DNA of 64,000 nt, from NCBI RefSeq assembly GCF_964355755.1, contig NC_092675.1:2351812-2415811 (forward strand), in the 5' to 3' direction. Below, one piece after another: positions 50,501-62,800 of this stretch (its first letter is position 1; every line of letters begins with the position of its first letter). Below the pieces are notes generated by a model. That model saw only the letters and a list, made by a program, of their open reading frames with translations. It was not told the origin of the DNA and did no database searches. The position numbers were made by a program, and so were the translations under genes. Origin of the DNA: Antedon mediterranea (Eukaryota > Animalia > Echinodermata).

Positions 50501-53500
50501 AACATTTAATAACATATTAGATTTCTGTAAAATAAATATAAATTTACTTGGTAGATAGCTATTGTCCATTTTCGAGCTTCGTTATAAATCTTTTCATCAT
50601 TCCAACCTGGTTGCCTTGCAGCAAAATAATCAGCCCAGTAGTTGTGATAACGAAATAGGAGAATACCAAACGTAAGAAGGAATGGGTTTTCGTTGCCACG
50701 AGGATTTCCCAACTCTGAGAAAAGTAATTCAAGTAATCAGAAAACTTGTTATTGTTTAGGATGTAATTGGTTTAGTAGTAGAGCTTGGTGGTTAAGAGCT
50801 TGGTGGTTAAGAGCTTGCCTCTCAAATTCAAAGAAGTTCAATCCTGACATATAGTAGTGTCAGAGTTGTAACTCTTCTACTACACTCCCTAAGCCTCAAA
50901 TGAGACTTAAGTTTATAAGCACGATCAATTATAGTTTATTAAACCTTTTGGCCAGTTTCTTGCTGTAAATGCGTATAACATAAAATAATATATAAATAAA
51001 CAATTGTTGGTGAACATTCAAAGAATTGAATACTTACTGAAAAACCGTTCAGCGTTTCTTAAGGTATGGTTGTGAGCCTCGGCAGGAGGAGGAGGGTTTG
51101 CCATTGGAAGTCCTATATCATTTTCATGAGGATAGTTACCACGATGGCTTCGGCTCAATCTGCCACCATGGAACTCTCGTAGTGCATCAGCCCAAGCCTT
51201 TGAAGTTCCGTAGATTAATCCTCCATCTAAGTAAGGGGTCACCTCATTTAACTAAAATAAGAAACAAAATGATATATGATAATGCATGAACATATGAATA
51301 TCATGATAACAGATAGTGTAAATTGTAATAATTGTAAGATAAAAATTCTGTGTCGATCTATATTGTGTTATTTGTTTAAATTTACACCATGTGATCAACA
51401 AGCAAGACAGTAATCTGATTGTACCCTGGATTCTATAGTAATCCCAGGTTGGGACAACGACTGTGGAAAAAAACAAATATTTCTTTCCTGCTCCATGCTT
51501 TATTTCTTTCCTCCCTCCATTATTATATACTCCACGGTTTTAGTACAACTTGGAATTACTACTACCGTACAATCCGAGACAACATGAAGACATTCTAAAG
51601 TTTTACCTTAGGCCTAATTCCTTTGTCAAGAAATCACGTGATTTAGTACGCATCCTACTTTACTTGTTGTTTTGCCATACAAACCTTTTGTTTGGCCTAC
51701 TCACCTGTTGTCGAGGACTATTTGGAGAGTATCCCGTGTTCATATCATATCTTGTTCTTAAAAATGGCATCTGGAAGTCTTTAGGAGCGTTGGGTATATG
51801 TCCTTCTGGAAGAGGAATATTGAAATACTCTGGTGGGCAGCCTGGTCTCTGAGCATCCAAAATTTCCTCTACAACCTGTTGACCTGCAAAAAGTAAATTA
51901 AAATGTTTACAATAATGCCATAAAAGGCTGAAATAAAAACATTCTTCTATAATTAAATTACTAATACTAATTTAATTTAGATATGTTAACTATGATATTA
52001 ATTATTACAATTATATAAATGACACTTTGCTGGACTGAATGTCATTAAAATGATTTATAAAATGTATTTTATGTTTGACTATAATTCGGAAGTTTATTTA
52101 AATGACACTTGGCTGACCTGGAACTTCGTTGAAACCTTTGCATTATATAATAAATACACAATTCACGGGCCGAACAATAAAAATGTATAATAATTATATT
52201 TTTTTACTTAAAACTTCAGCTTTTGCATATTCTTAGAAAATACCTAAAGTTTAAATCTATTCATATTTGTTACAGTCCAATAAATACTTTCAATTCATTT
52301 TCACACAACATCAACAAATTAAGCATATTTTATCACAGATAACCTTTAGAGCTAATTATAATATCACTGGGACAAAATATTTACCAAAGAACGTCATTAA
52401 AACAGTCCGATTAAGAAAGGAACGGTGCCCCGTTTCTCCCTTCATAATAGCCTCACTAAGTTCCAACGGAGAAGCTCTATTGTGTCCAGACGGTTTGTAG
52501 GAACCATCGGAGTAAGCTGGTGGGACGAGTCTACGGAGTGGCATATCTGTGGTAAAATAAACATAACATTACAAAAAAACATGCATTCTGAAGAAAGTCA
52601 CAAGTACTTAATTTAAATAGAATTGAGCCTTTGGAATATGTCGTAGATTTGAATATGAAAAGAACAATAAGAAGTTTGTAAAAAGAAGCATTAGCCTTTG
52701 AACTTATAGAAAGTTACTTTTGTTACTACAGTCTGGGTAGGCCTACTATTGTATGTCTTGAGCGGTCGCGGTTTTTATGGAATCTTTGTACTGCTTATTT
52801 ATGTTATTCCGATATTATTATATTACACTATCTATCACAGCTTACCTGCAGCACCCCAGTTAGGGTTTGTGGGATTGTTGTACCAGCCGTCATATCCTGG
52901 ATATTCTGTAAAGAGAATCATCAATTATATTGGATAGGCTATTATAATATTTTTGTGGTGGTGATGATGATCTATATTCATAGTATGGTGGTTTGGTAGT
53001 TTTTGGTATGGTTGGTAGTTTTTGGTATGGTTGGTAATTTTGTTGGGATTGATTATGAAGATGAAGTTAGATGAATACCATACTGTATTTACTGATCTGT
53101 CATAGGCGGATTCGAGAAGGTAGAATGGAAACCCGGCCGACCCACCTAATTCAGAAGATGCAATACAAATGAATATAAGTTCATCACTACATTTTACAAT
53201 TTATAGGGTCCACATCACTGTGGTAAGTGTGTCAATAATGATAGAGAAAAGTCCACATCACTGTGGTAACTGTGTCAATAATGATAGAGAAAATATCAAA
53301 TATGCATCATACCTGTATTAAAGTTTTCCTGTTTTGGTTTTGGATGTGAACCTATGGAATTTGTATAGAAAAAAGGATAATGCCATTTATCACTGATGCC
53401 ATCGGGCAAGAGATTATACAAATGACGATTATAGAAATCACGATGGGATATTTTATCACGTGGAAGATCTACAATATACATAACTATACTAATGGATCAT

Positions 53501-53768
53501 ATTATGTATCATTATGTAACTATGTTTTAATTTATACAGTTAAATAGGTATCTGGTAGACTGGCAACAGTCTTCCACATAGAATCTGCTGTCAGCCACAG
53601 AATCGGATGGTTTTAATGCGTATAAATATTTGTTTATGCTTTGTGTAGGCTACTTACACTTGATTTCATCCGAGCCATCACTACAATCCTCATTCCCATC
53701 ACATTTCCACATCCAGGGTATGCAGTCTTGTTCATTCACACATTGGAACTGATATTTATTACATATAT
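38543..53768 (-). CDS. DUOX: Dual oxidase paralogue B with N-terminal LDL-receptor class A module; start exon unresolved (candidates near 54119 and 55757-55785)
   Basis: Exons in transcript order: 53658-53768 (LDLa), 53313-53351, 52846-52905, 52385-52546, 51705-51883, 51038-51251, 50548-50714, 50238-50301, 49793-49889, 49174-49288, 48928-49024, 48248-48432, 47652-47827, 47378-47496, 47108-47263, 46726-46848, 46063-46265, 45664-45849, 45093-45321, 44889-44982, 44388-44563, 43930-44023, 43522-43730, 43032-43262, 42742-42885, 42213-42494, 41594-41823, 41070-41228, 40641-40796, 39986-40114, 38543-38665. Motifs: [47 protein letters not shown], four haem His, [21 protein letters not shown]. Confidence 0.93.
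39754..39921. mobile_element. Putative MITE
   Basis: Imperfect TIR AGGGAGCTTTCGAT / ATCGAAAGTTCCTT around a GC-richer core in an AT-rich intron. Confidence 0.5.
40841..40962 (+). mobile_element. Helentron/DINE-1-like non-autonomous element (HINE)
   Basis: T-run, subterminal IR AGTCGCGTGC ... GCACGCGACT, (GGTC)n microsatellite, 3' hairpin GCCATGTATATGGC, then TGTTTT. Confidence 0.65.
43775..43815 (+). pseudogene. ~40-bp fragment of 28S rRNA in a DUOX-B intron
   Basis: TAGGGCGAAAGTCTAATCGAACCATCTAGTAGCTTCCCTCC closely matches the conserved LSU segment TAGGGGCGAAAGACTAATCGAACCATCTAGTAGCTGGTTCCCTCC (recalled). Confidence 0.8.
49920..50022 (-). mobile_element. 3' fragment of the same SINE family as 1820-2090
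   Basis: Reverse complement reads GCATTACGGGAGTATGTTTC..GGTAATAATGTTCAGCACTTAGAGGTTTCACAACATTAGGCGCTATATAAATCC..(ATT)n. Confidence 0.75.
53208..53293. repeat. 43-bp direct tandem duplication
   Basis: GTCCACATCACTGTGGTAA(G/C)TGTGTCAATAATGATAGAGAAAA twice. Confidence 0.85.
53658..53768 (-). CDS. Exon encoding an LDL-receptor class A repeat (missed by the ORF track)
   Basis: ctaatacag|(D)[37 protein letters not shown]|gtaagt. The sixth Cys is completed by the next exon (T+GT). Canonical LDLa Cys spacing and DCxDGSDE motif; phase 1-1 exon. Confidence 0.9.
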
Positions 53769-56438
53769 CTGTATTAGAAAGTATAATTATATATTATGAC
53801 AGCAGTTACATAAAATAACAGATGGCAGGGTATATATATAAATATAAAGTACTATTGATCAAAATCAATAGACCGACATCGAACAGTATTAGATATTTTT
53901 GCGACGGCTTCAATTGGAATTATATTATAAACCATTCATTAATTTATTTTGAAAATAATATATACAAGAATACCGAACTTTTGAGTTAAAATAACTGCAG
54001 TGAGGCAGTTTGCCTATTCATGTCTCACTATAGTTATTTTAACATCTCTTTTTGTTTTTTTAAAACAGGAAGCCGTAAAACTAGACAGCATTTCTAAAGA
54101 GGTAGAATATGCACCGACCTGTACGGCGAACAGCTATGGCTGACTGAATGATATAAAAACTATAGAGGAACAATAACACACACACACAAGCAATACGATT
54201 AATAAAATAATTCGAAATAGGCTACTTAAGATTCGCTGAAAAGTGTGAATTAGTGAAGCGGGTGTACAGTATAATACAGTCCGTAAAAAGAAGTCATTGT
54301 ATGCTTTCCGAACACCGTCATAATAATGTTACAAATTATATTCATCTTTAGGCAAATTCTGAAATTTGGGTAAATGCAGAAGCTATCACAATGTAGACAT
54401 ACGCCTGTGACCATAATTCAGGTTTTTTCAATTCTTCGTTAACAAAGAAGATTATCGTACAATTGCAAACAAGAACTAGTACTCATATTATTGTAAACGC
54501 AACAATAAGATCTTTGACATTCTTTGGAATTTCATGTAACTATAATAATAGTGTATCATTGGAAGGCTATTGCCGTAATTTAAATAGGCCAAGTGCACTT
54601 TATTTTATCTTCCACAATTAGTATATCACACATTGTGGCAAGAAAGCTGTATTCAAATACTGTACAAAAACAATTTAATAATGTAGGGTAACTTTGTATG
54701 TTTTATATAAATAAAAGCATTATTTATCTCAAACTTGAACCTTCAACTATTAGGATCAAAATAACCATAAATAAGGTTGTTGAAATACATTATATTTTAA
54801 GAAAAAGAGAAAAAAAAAATCACTTATAATTCAATTGTTAGAAATATGTAGTACAATAGGCTACTAACAGCATAAAACTCATTTTTATGTTGCATATACA
54901 ACTAATCCGTCTGTCCCAACAGACATTGTAAAATTTAAAGAACATCTGTGGAATGGGACAGCTGTGTTTGTGAAAGATGTTGATGTTGTTTTTTACTCAA
55001 CAAATAAAACTATGACGACAAATCGACGACATTATTATGCATTACAACTACCGGTGATTACAACAACATTATTATAAAATATATTATTGATAAAATGACA
55101 TCATTCGAACTAGGTTATTGGTGACTGCCCAATTTTTGTTCATATAGTTCACAATCGGTGGAGAAATTTTCTGATGACAAATCACTTTCTTCGGACACAT
55201 AAGCACTATATGACATATGCATGACCTCTTTATACATACATATACCTTTTGTTATAATATTTCCATTGTACACTAGGTAGCCTATGTGGTTACATCAATC
55301 CCATTATGTTAACATATAATGATATAATGCAGTCACTATTTAAAAAAGCAATGAATTTCTTTAAATTAGACCTAATAATATTAAAAGACAATATGGAGGT
55401 GACCAAATTTTACAATATTTAGGCTTTTATGAAGAATGTTGTCTTGTTCCCAAGACTATACCAGCAGAAAAGAAATAGTCAATACATTGAGGGGTTATAA
55501 AAAGGAATACTTTCGAAAGCCTAATTTAATAATTTAAAAATCTAATTTTACATTTGATATCGGCGGCCATCGCTGTACCTGAAACCAACCATAAAATTGT
55601 AAGTATAGGCCTACAGTATTGATTTCTTATTATCATTGTGCTACAATATGTTATCATTTAGCGGCTAACCACGGCTGAATAATTAATGAACTATAACTAT
55701 CTTGGTGTTATTTAACATAGTCAAGTTAATGTTATATTTATATGTTATTTACTAACCTTGCGTTACTGCATATGTTGGGTTCCATAGTAGGCCTATACAT
55801 AGAATTATGACTAGGTCTCTATTATATAACATTCCACAACTTCAATATCACAATTTTCAAGAAAGACTGCAATACAGCACCAACATCTACCGTTCTAAAA
55901 CACTCAGGCTACCATCATGATGATAGATCATTGGTGGTTTGCAAATGTTGTGACTGGTACGGACCAGGTAATGGCGACTTTATAAAGTACAATGAGTCAG
56001 TTATTCCATTCAGGGCTAGGCCTATGTTTACTGAACACTAGTCTCCAGTCATGCAACAGTTGTTCTTTTATTTTGGTTGGTATTTCACGCCTTTCAAAAG
56101 CATCGAACCATATTAAAACGTTTCATTGTCATTCGGTAATTTTCATAGGCGTTATAAAGCAGAGCTTTGAACGTTCCTATTTCATACTTGAATTAAGAGC
56201 AAACCTGGTATCTTTTTATGTCACCTGCGCGTGTATATGGCACAGATTATAGGCATATTACCAGCTGCCATGAACCAGTAACACACAATGATATCTTGCT
56301 TGTTTTTTTAGTTTATTTTCAATTTAAAATATATACAAGTAGTTATATTTATTACACATTCTTCAATCATTATTTTTTTAAGAATATGTTTTGTAAAGTT
56401 TTTTGAAAATTGTACCACATCTCCTGCTTTGAATGAAG

Positions 56439-56552
56439 AATCTGCACTTGTGTTATTTCCAATCTGCACTTGTGGGATTTCCAATCTGCACCTGTGGGAT
56501 TTCCAATCTGCACTTGTGTTATTTCCAATCTTCATTTGTGTTATTTCTAATC
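56439..56552. repeat. 22-bp tandem repeat x5
   Basis: AATCTGCACTTGTG(TT/GG)ATTTCC repeated. Confidence 0.85.
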
Positions 56553-56611
56553 TCTCGCGTATATTCCTTCAGCTGATGGAAAGACGAAGTAGCAAACCTG
56601 TTTCGAGTTAA

Positions 56612-56900
56612 AGATGTATTGTCCCCCTTAACAAAAATAATTCTTAACAAAATTTTTTGTTGAATATGCTATTTTAAAGTAACAGTTAATATCCACTTTG
56701 ACCAAAATTGTATCGAAAAAAAATGTATTTACCAGAAAAACTGTAATTTTAAGCAAAAAATTGTCAAATTGTAAAGGAAAACATTTTCTTTTCGTTTTTT
56801 TTTCTATGGAAGTGGAACTTTATTAAAACTACAAAATAAAATGTTCAATGTCTGATTTAATTAATCTTCATTTTTCATGTTTTTGGGGGACAATACATCT
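56612..56900. mobile_element. Non-autonomous DNA transposon with TTAA target duplication and 16-bp perfect TIR (Kolobok-like)
   Basis: TTAA|AGATGTATTGTCCCCC ... GGGGGACAATACATCT|TTAA. Confidence 0.8.
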
Positions 56901-59833
56901 TTAACGCCGTCACAAACCCGTAACAACCCTCGTAACACTTGTCCTCAATCTACTGACCTTTAGGATTATGCTGACCTTTAGGATTGTTGTATACGAATTA
57001 TTGTAATAATTAATCCATATCGGATTATCCTCTTGATCTTCTACCTTAATCGTAATCCAATTAATATTCCATTCTTGATATAAACAAACATGTTTGTAGC
57101 GGCTGGGTTACGCAAACAACTTATTTCCCATGGGTTACGCATGGAGGTATCCATGGGTTACGCTACTCAACATAATTGAATGCTTATTACGCGCGCATTA
57201 CTAGTAGTATGCTTCTGTTTTGCTAGACTATAAATAATAATAATTTATTTGGTGTTTACACTTTTACAACAGTGGCACTCGACCAAAGGTGCATCCATAA
57301 GAAATATACACAAAAAACATGATATAGTAAACAACAATTACAGTAAAATGTCGATGTAGGTCAACATGTCAAAACAATTCGACTACAGTAACTACAATGC
57401 AATGCCGTTGATAATTATCACTACAGCAACTGCAAGAAATAAGAATAGAAATAGAATAAGTTAGGAACTGTACAATATAAAATGAATTGGGCAACAACAA
57501 TGTAGACCAACAATGTGGCTATATGCACAGCAGCTGTGTTTATAACATTTTATTACATCAAATAAATACCATCATCAAAATTAATGATCACCTAATGTTT
57601 CGGAGTCTCAAAACAAACGTAGGCCCCAACTATAATAAACTGAATTGACTGGTCGACAAACACATAAATTAAACGCATCATCACAATAATTGTTTGGTGT
57701 CGCCGAAGCTTCCATTTATTTGTTGTATTGGCTACACCCAGCACGAACCTCAATTGTCGACTGACTCGCACAACAACCTGTGCAATGTTTATATATAGTT
57801 AATTTGCATAAAGGTGTAACAAAGAACAATACAGTATGCTCTACTGCACAGATGTATTCACCTTCTGAACACCTAATTAAACTAATAATTACTAAAATTA
57901 TAGCATATTTTTCTATATTTTTTTGTTATAATCTCGGTTTTATTGTATCGTCCTAGTTGACACGGGCTGGTCAAGCACATCAGAAGATGACAGTTCTATC
58001 ACTTTTTCTTTTCCGCTACTCCCCTGTTATACTTATGGTTTTTTTTGTTATGAAGAAAGATTGAAAATAAATAAAATAATACACGGTGATTTAAATTTCT
58101 ATACCAGCAAACTTTAGTTTTCAAACTCGAGCAAGTAACAGTTTGGTAACACAAGTTTTCCAAAGTTATTGTAGACTTAGACCGTTCCGCAACCTATGGG
58201 TCGCGACCCAATGTTTGATCGCGAAATTGTTTCCGATACTGAAACTTTTTATCAATTATACACCGATCTATATGCGAAATGTTCTCAGTTTTGTGGAATC
58301 TACAACACTGATTAGTTTACATTTTACATCTACAGTTTTTCCCTATGCCATTCACCATATTTTTTACGTGCGAGAGTACCATTTCCAGTCAGGGGTGTCA
58401 TTTTGCCACAGGCCCCACCATGGGTAATTTGTGCATTTTTGATGTACTAGCAACAGGCTGCAGGTGGCAAAATGCCTATGGCTCCATTAAAAGCGACAAA
58501 TTTTGCAAACAAAGGTGCGACATAACATTGAATAAAGAACAGGTGATAGTAAAAATCGGAAACAATGCACATTACAATAGCAGTACGTTTAAACTTCTGA
58601 CAAATCTTTATTGAAATCCAGGTGATATCCTGTGTACCTCTATATAAAAATAGAAAAGCTATTTGTTGAAGTATTCAACATTTCTAACAAAACTCAAATT
58701 ACAATGTAAAATGGGTGGTCTATAATATCAATCGAAAGTCATTTAATGACGTCGATTAGATTTAGAGACATGCGCATACCTAGTGCGCGCACATGGTTTG
58801 ACGAATTTGGACTATAAGTTGTTGGGCACTGTCATTTCTAACCGGCGGAGCCTATATAAGTGTAAATATGATTGTGTGTCTTATGGAAATCAAACATAAT
58901 ATGGCAAGGAAATATATAAGTTGAATTGTTATGCAAGGTGAATCTGTAGTTTACTTATTGTACTGGAGAAGTCTTACTAGTAATAGGCTTAGTAAAATGC
59001 AATAATGTATTAGAATGATTAAATTAATACATTTGTAATTATTTACAATTCCTTAAAACCAAAGTTTACACAATAATATATATTGAACAAGTTTGGAACA
59101 AGTAGCCTATACATAATATGCTATATCCATCATTACACTATTACGATGTCTGTTATTACGTCATGTTTCCAGATATTTATTTTCTCTTGCTAAGTATAAC
59201 CTCTGCCGACCAATCACATTTAACCAATATAGAAATTTCTATATATATACAGTCTTAAAGATTCAATCGTGCATTGTTATTCTTAACTACACGCCAATGA
59301 ATAGCTACATGTTAGAAATGGTATATTTACATTACATTTTTCTTAACAAAAACTACAAAAATATATAAATTTATTTATAAATGTTTTCTATTAAGTTCCT
59401 ATTTATTATAAAATTCGTTATTTTAGATCTCCAAAATGTTTTTTTTAAATGCAATGGTGTGATACGTCTCTTAATTAATTACAAAGTACATTTATGTTTG
59501 AAGAGACATTGTAGTTTTCAGTCATTATTCTAAATTATAACAGTCAAAACATTTTTTAGAAATAAAGATATTTTAAATTGTCAACACATACAAACGTTCA
59601 ATGAAAGCAATCTATATAAATAAAGACAATATAAAAGGAATGTTTATCGTCTTTGTACACTTAAAGAACCCAAAACTTGTATCTAGAATTAACATTTTAA
59701 ATTCACATTTAGATACAATATCCAAACATTGATCATTTGGAAAAGTCGCTTAACTTCAACTTTCACCCAAAACACGATACAATTTATTTATGGTAATGTA
59801 TATTCAATGAATATACAACATTATAATTGAAAG

Positions 59834-62800
59834 TTAAAAGTTTTCGAAATGGTGAATAAATGCTGCGCCGTCAAATTTGTTCATTTCTACGCATGCGCTT
59901 TCAACACCATTGGTCATTCCTGGTGGTCCACAGCTAAACACGCCGATCTTGCTCACCTGTAAAAGAATATAGTCAAAAAGTTAATATTTTTTTCACATTT
60001 CCAAGTTTTCAGTTAATTCGAATTGTTTTCAGGAGCAGATAAAATGAAAAAGAACAGACATGCTAATTGTGAGAAAGAGCAAAGCGTTGCGAGAAGAGCA
60101 AAGAGTTGCGAGAAGAGCAAAGAGTTGCGAGAAGAGCAAAGAGTTGCGAGAAAGAGCAAAGCGTTGCGAGAAGAGCAAAGCGTTGCGAGAAAGAGCAAAG
60201 AGTTGCGAGAAAGAGCAAAGCGTTGCGAGAAAGAGCAAAGCGTTGCGAGAAAGAGCAAAGCGTTGCGAGAAAGAGCATAGAGTTGCGAGAAAGAGCAAAG
60301 CGTTGCGAGAAAGAGCAAAGCGTTGCGAGAAAGAGCAAAGAGTTGCGAGAAAGAGCAAAGAGTTGCGAGAAAGAGCAAAGAGTTGCGAGAAAGAGCAAAG
60401 AGTTGCGAGAAAGAGCAAAGAGTTGCGAGAAAGAGCAAAGAGTTGCGAGAAAGGGCAGAGAGTTGCCAGAAAACGGAAAAGAGTTGCCAGAAAACGGAAA
60501 AGAGTTGCGAGAAAGAGCAAAGAGTTGCGAGAAAGAGCAAAGAGTTGCGACTAGAGCAAAGTGCTAGTAGAACAAAGGATCATGGATAATGCACATTTAC
60601 GAGTAGTGTGAAAGTATATGACTAGTACTTACATCTGGATGCTCGTCTTGCAATGAATTAAAGAAGGAAGGTAGATCTGGACGACCGAAATGAGTAGTAG
60701 ATTGAAGTCCAGTGAATAGAGATCGATTGGCGATCTTCTGGAAATGTCTCTCGCAGATGTACTGTAAACAAAAAAAGAAAATTGACATAGGATGACGACA
60801 ACAATGAATGTTAAAACAATATATTCAGTATAAAAGAGCTTTTACAAAACAATTACAATTTTAAAAGTCATGTTTATAAATCTAATTTAAGATTTTTAAG
60901 TGTTTAAAATACTTACCAGCATAGTTGTTCGTAGATCGAATTTCTGGTAGAACTGTGTAATAAAGATATGGGTGCTAACCAAATCAGTTGTGTCCTTCTC
61001 CTCGACCTCTCTGATGATGTCACACAGCCACTCATAATGCTTTTGGGTTCGAGTTACCCAGATAAAGTAAACCTATGAAGAAAGGAAATAAGTGAGAACA
61101 AAAACTAGGCCACTGCACATATCTATATTTGAGCAGAACTACAATGTGTATTCTCGCTGACAGAGGCTCATGTCATAGCATCTAACTCCTGATATTAACT
61201 TAACCTAATCTCTCGCTATACTGCATATGATAAAATGAGAAGACTTGATACTGCACGATGTTTAACGTCTATAGACGTGATACAGCGCGTGTATTGGTAG
61301 CTTTCCAACTATCCTTTATAATCTTTGGTTCTTACCTTTTTACAAGGGAATCTGGTGTTACTGCTAGCTTTGTTCACAATATCTTTCAAGATTGATGCAA
61401 ATGGAGTGACACCAATTCCACCTCCTACAAGTACAGCAACCTCAAACTGATACCAATCTTGATGGCCCTCACCATATGGTCCGTCAATGTACAACTATAG
61501 ATAAAAACAAAACATTTGATTATTTTTGTAGATCAAACAATTAGGCCTACGATTTATAACCTGTTATGTATGTTTAATTCATATAACTAAGACATAATGT
61601 GTCATTGTTACGTAATTCAATTTATATCTAGGTTTGACAACATTTTAGACATACCTTGGGGTATGGATGTTCACGGACAGTATTTGGATCATAGGTATGT
61701 CGGATGTTAGTTGTCCATGGTCCAACAGCTCGGATGTGGAGACTTAGATGGTCCTCATGTGGAGCAGACGTCAAGGTAAATGGATGGTATTCACCACTGC
61801 CTAGAGTCTTGCATGCAACACGTACCCACTGTCCTGATTTGTACTCGAAAGAAGTTGGTCGTTTGAACGTCAACGCTGTAACATCTACGAATAATGAAGA
61901 AATTGTTATGAAACAGAAGTAAAAATTGTTTCGTGTACCGCTACACCTGTATTAGGAACTGGACGATTTTATACATCCAACAAAACTGTTTGTACCTATC
62001 TGTATGCAAGGATACCTGTAGGCCTACCAAGACTAGATATAACGAGCCTTTGTTCTGAATGATACGTACCAGACGGTAACAGTTCTGCTTTGAAGACGGC
62101 AATCTCTGCTTTCTTTCGGCTGATGCTAACCAACTTATCAAGTGTAAACAAGATGGCGGGACCAAGGAAGAAGAACCAGAAGAATGGAGGCTGCACCAAT
62201 CGACCACTTCCGTGTAGAACCATCAATATGTAGAATATAACGTACATATTATGAGTCAGCCAAAACAGGTTGAAGACATTTCGACGAGCATATTGGGTTG
62301 CAAACACGTACATGACACAAGCCAGGAGTACCAACAGAACGCCAGTAAAACCTGGAAATAAAAAATTAAATTTCACTTTCTGCATTTTCTTTAAATCGGA
62401 ACAAAACGCAAACAATGTATCGTTCAAATCTATATTGCTCTTATTTGTATAACTACCCGGTTGTATTGCGTACAGTGCGCATACACGGTAGACTATCTTG
62501 ACAAATTGTAATTAGGCGGTAAAACCTACCAGTAATAGTCTGCCAGCACCAGTAGTGAAACTTTGGAAGTACATGCGACCTGTGGAAGAAATCTCTAAAC
62601 AGGCAGGTAAGATCGTTTGGAGGTTGACTGGCGATGTGATAGAAATTGATTCCATGACCAATTGTGTGCATCACTAAAAAATATAAACAATAAAATATTA
62701 ATAATCAAACGTGATTTTGTATAAATCTCAGACAACTTAATGGCTTGGCTACTTTACGACGCGGTACTAGACTACATGCAGTCTAATAAAAACATAAGTA

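Noticed and set aside
50775-50850. tRNA-like head (GCTTGGTGGTTAAGAGC..GTTCAATCC); similar at ~15215-15270
   Set aside because: No complete cloverleaf; at most decayed SINE heads, too degenerate to call.
49793-51883. Missing distal His with retained proximal His in DUOX-B as a novelty
   Set aside because: This pattern is usual for invertebrate DUOX peroxidase-homology domains.
55992-58614. Short ORFs in the DUOX-B/DUOX-C spacer
   Set aside because: No recognisable motifs or consistent exon structure; some overlap a 22-bp repeat. Consistent with chance ORFs.
60013-60589. Overlapping repetitive ORFs on both strands ([11 protein letters not shown] / [10 protein letters not shown])
   Set aside because: Artefacts of a 19-20-bp intronic minisatellite.
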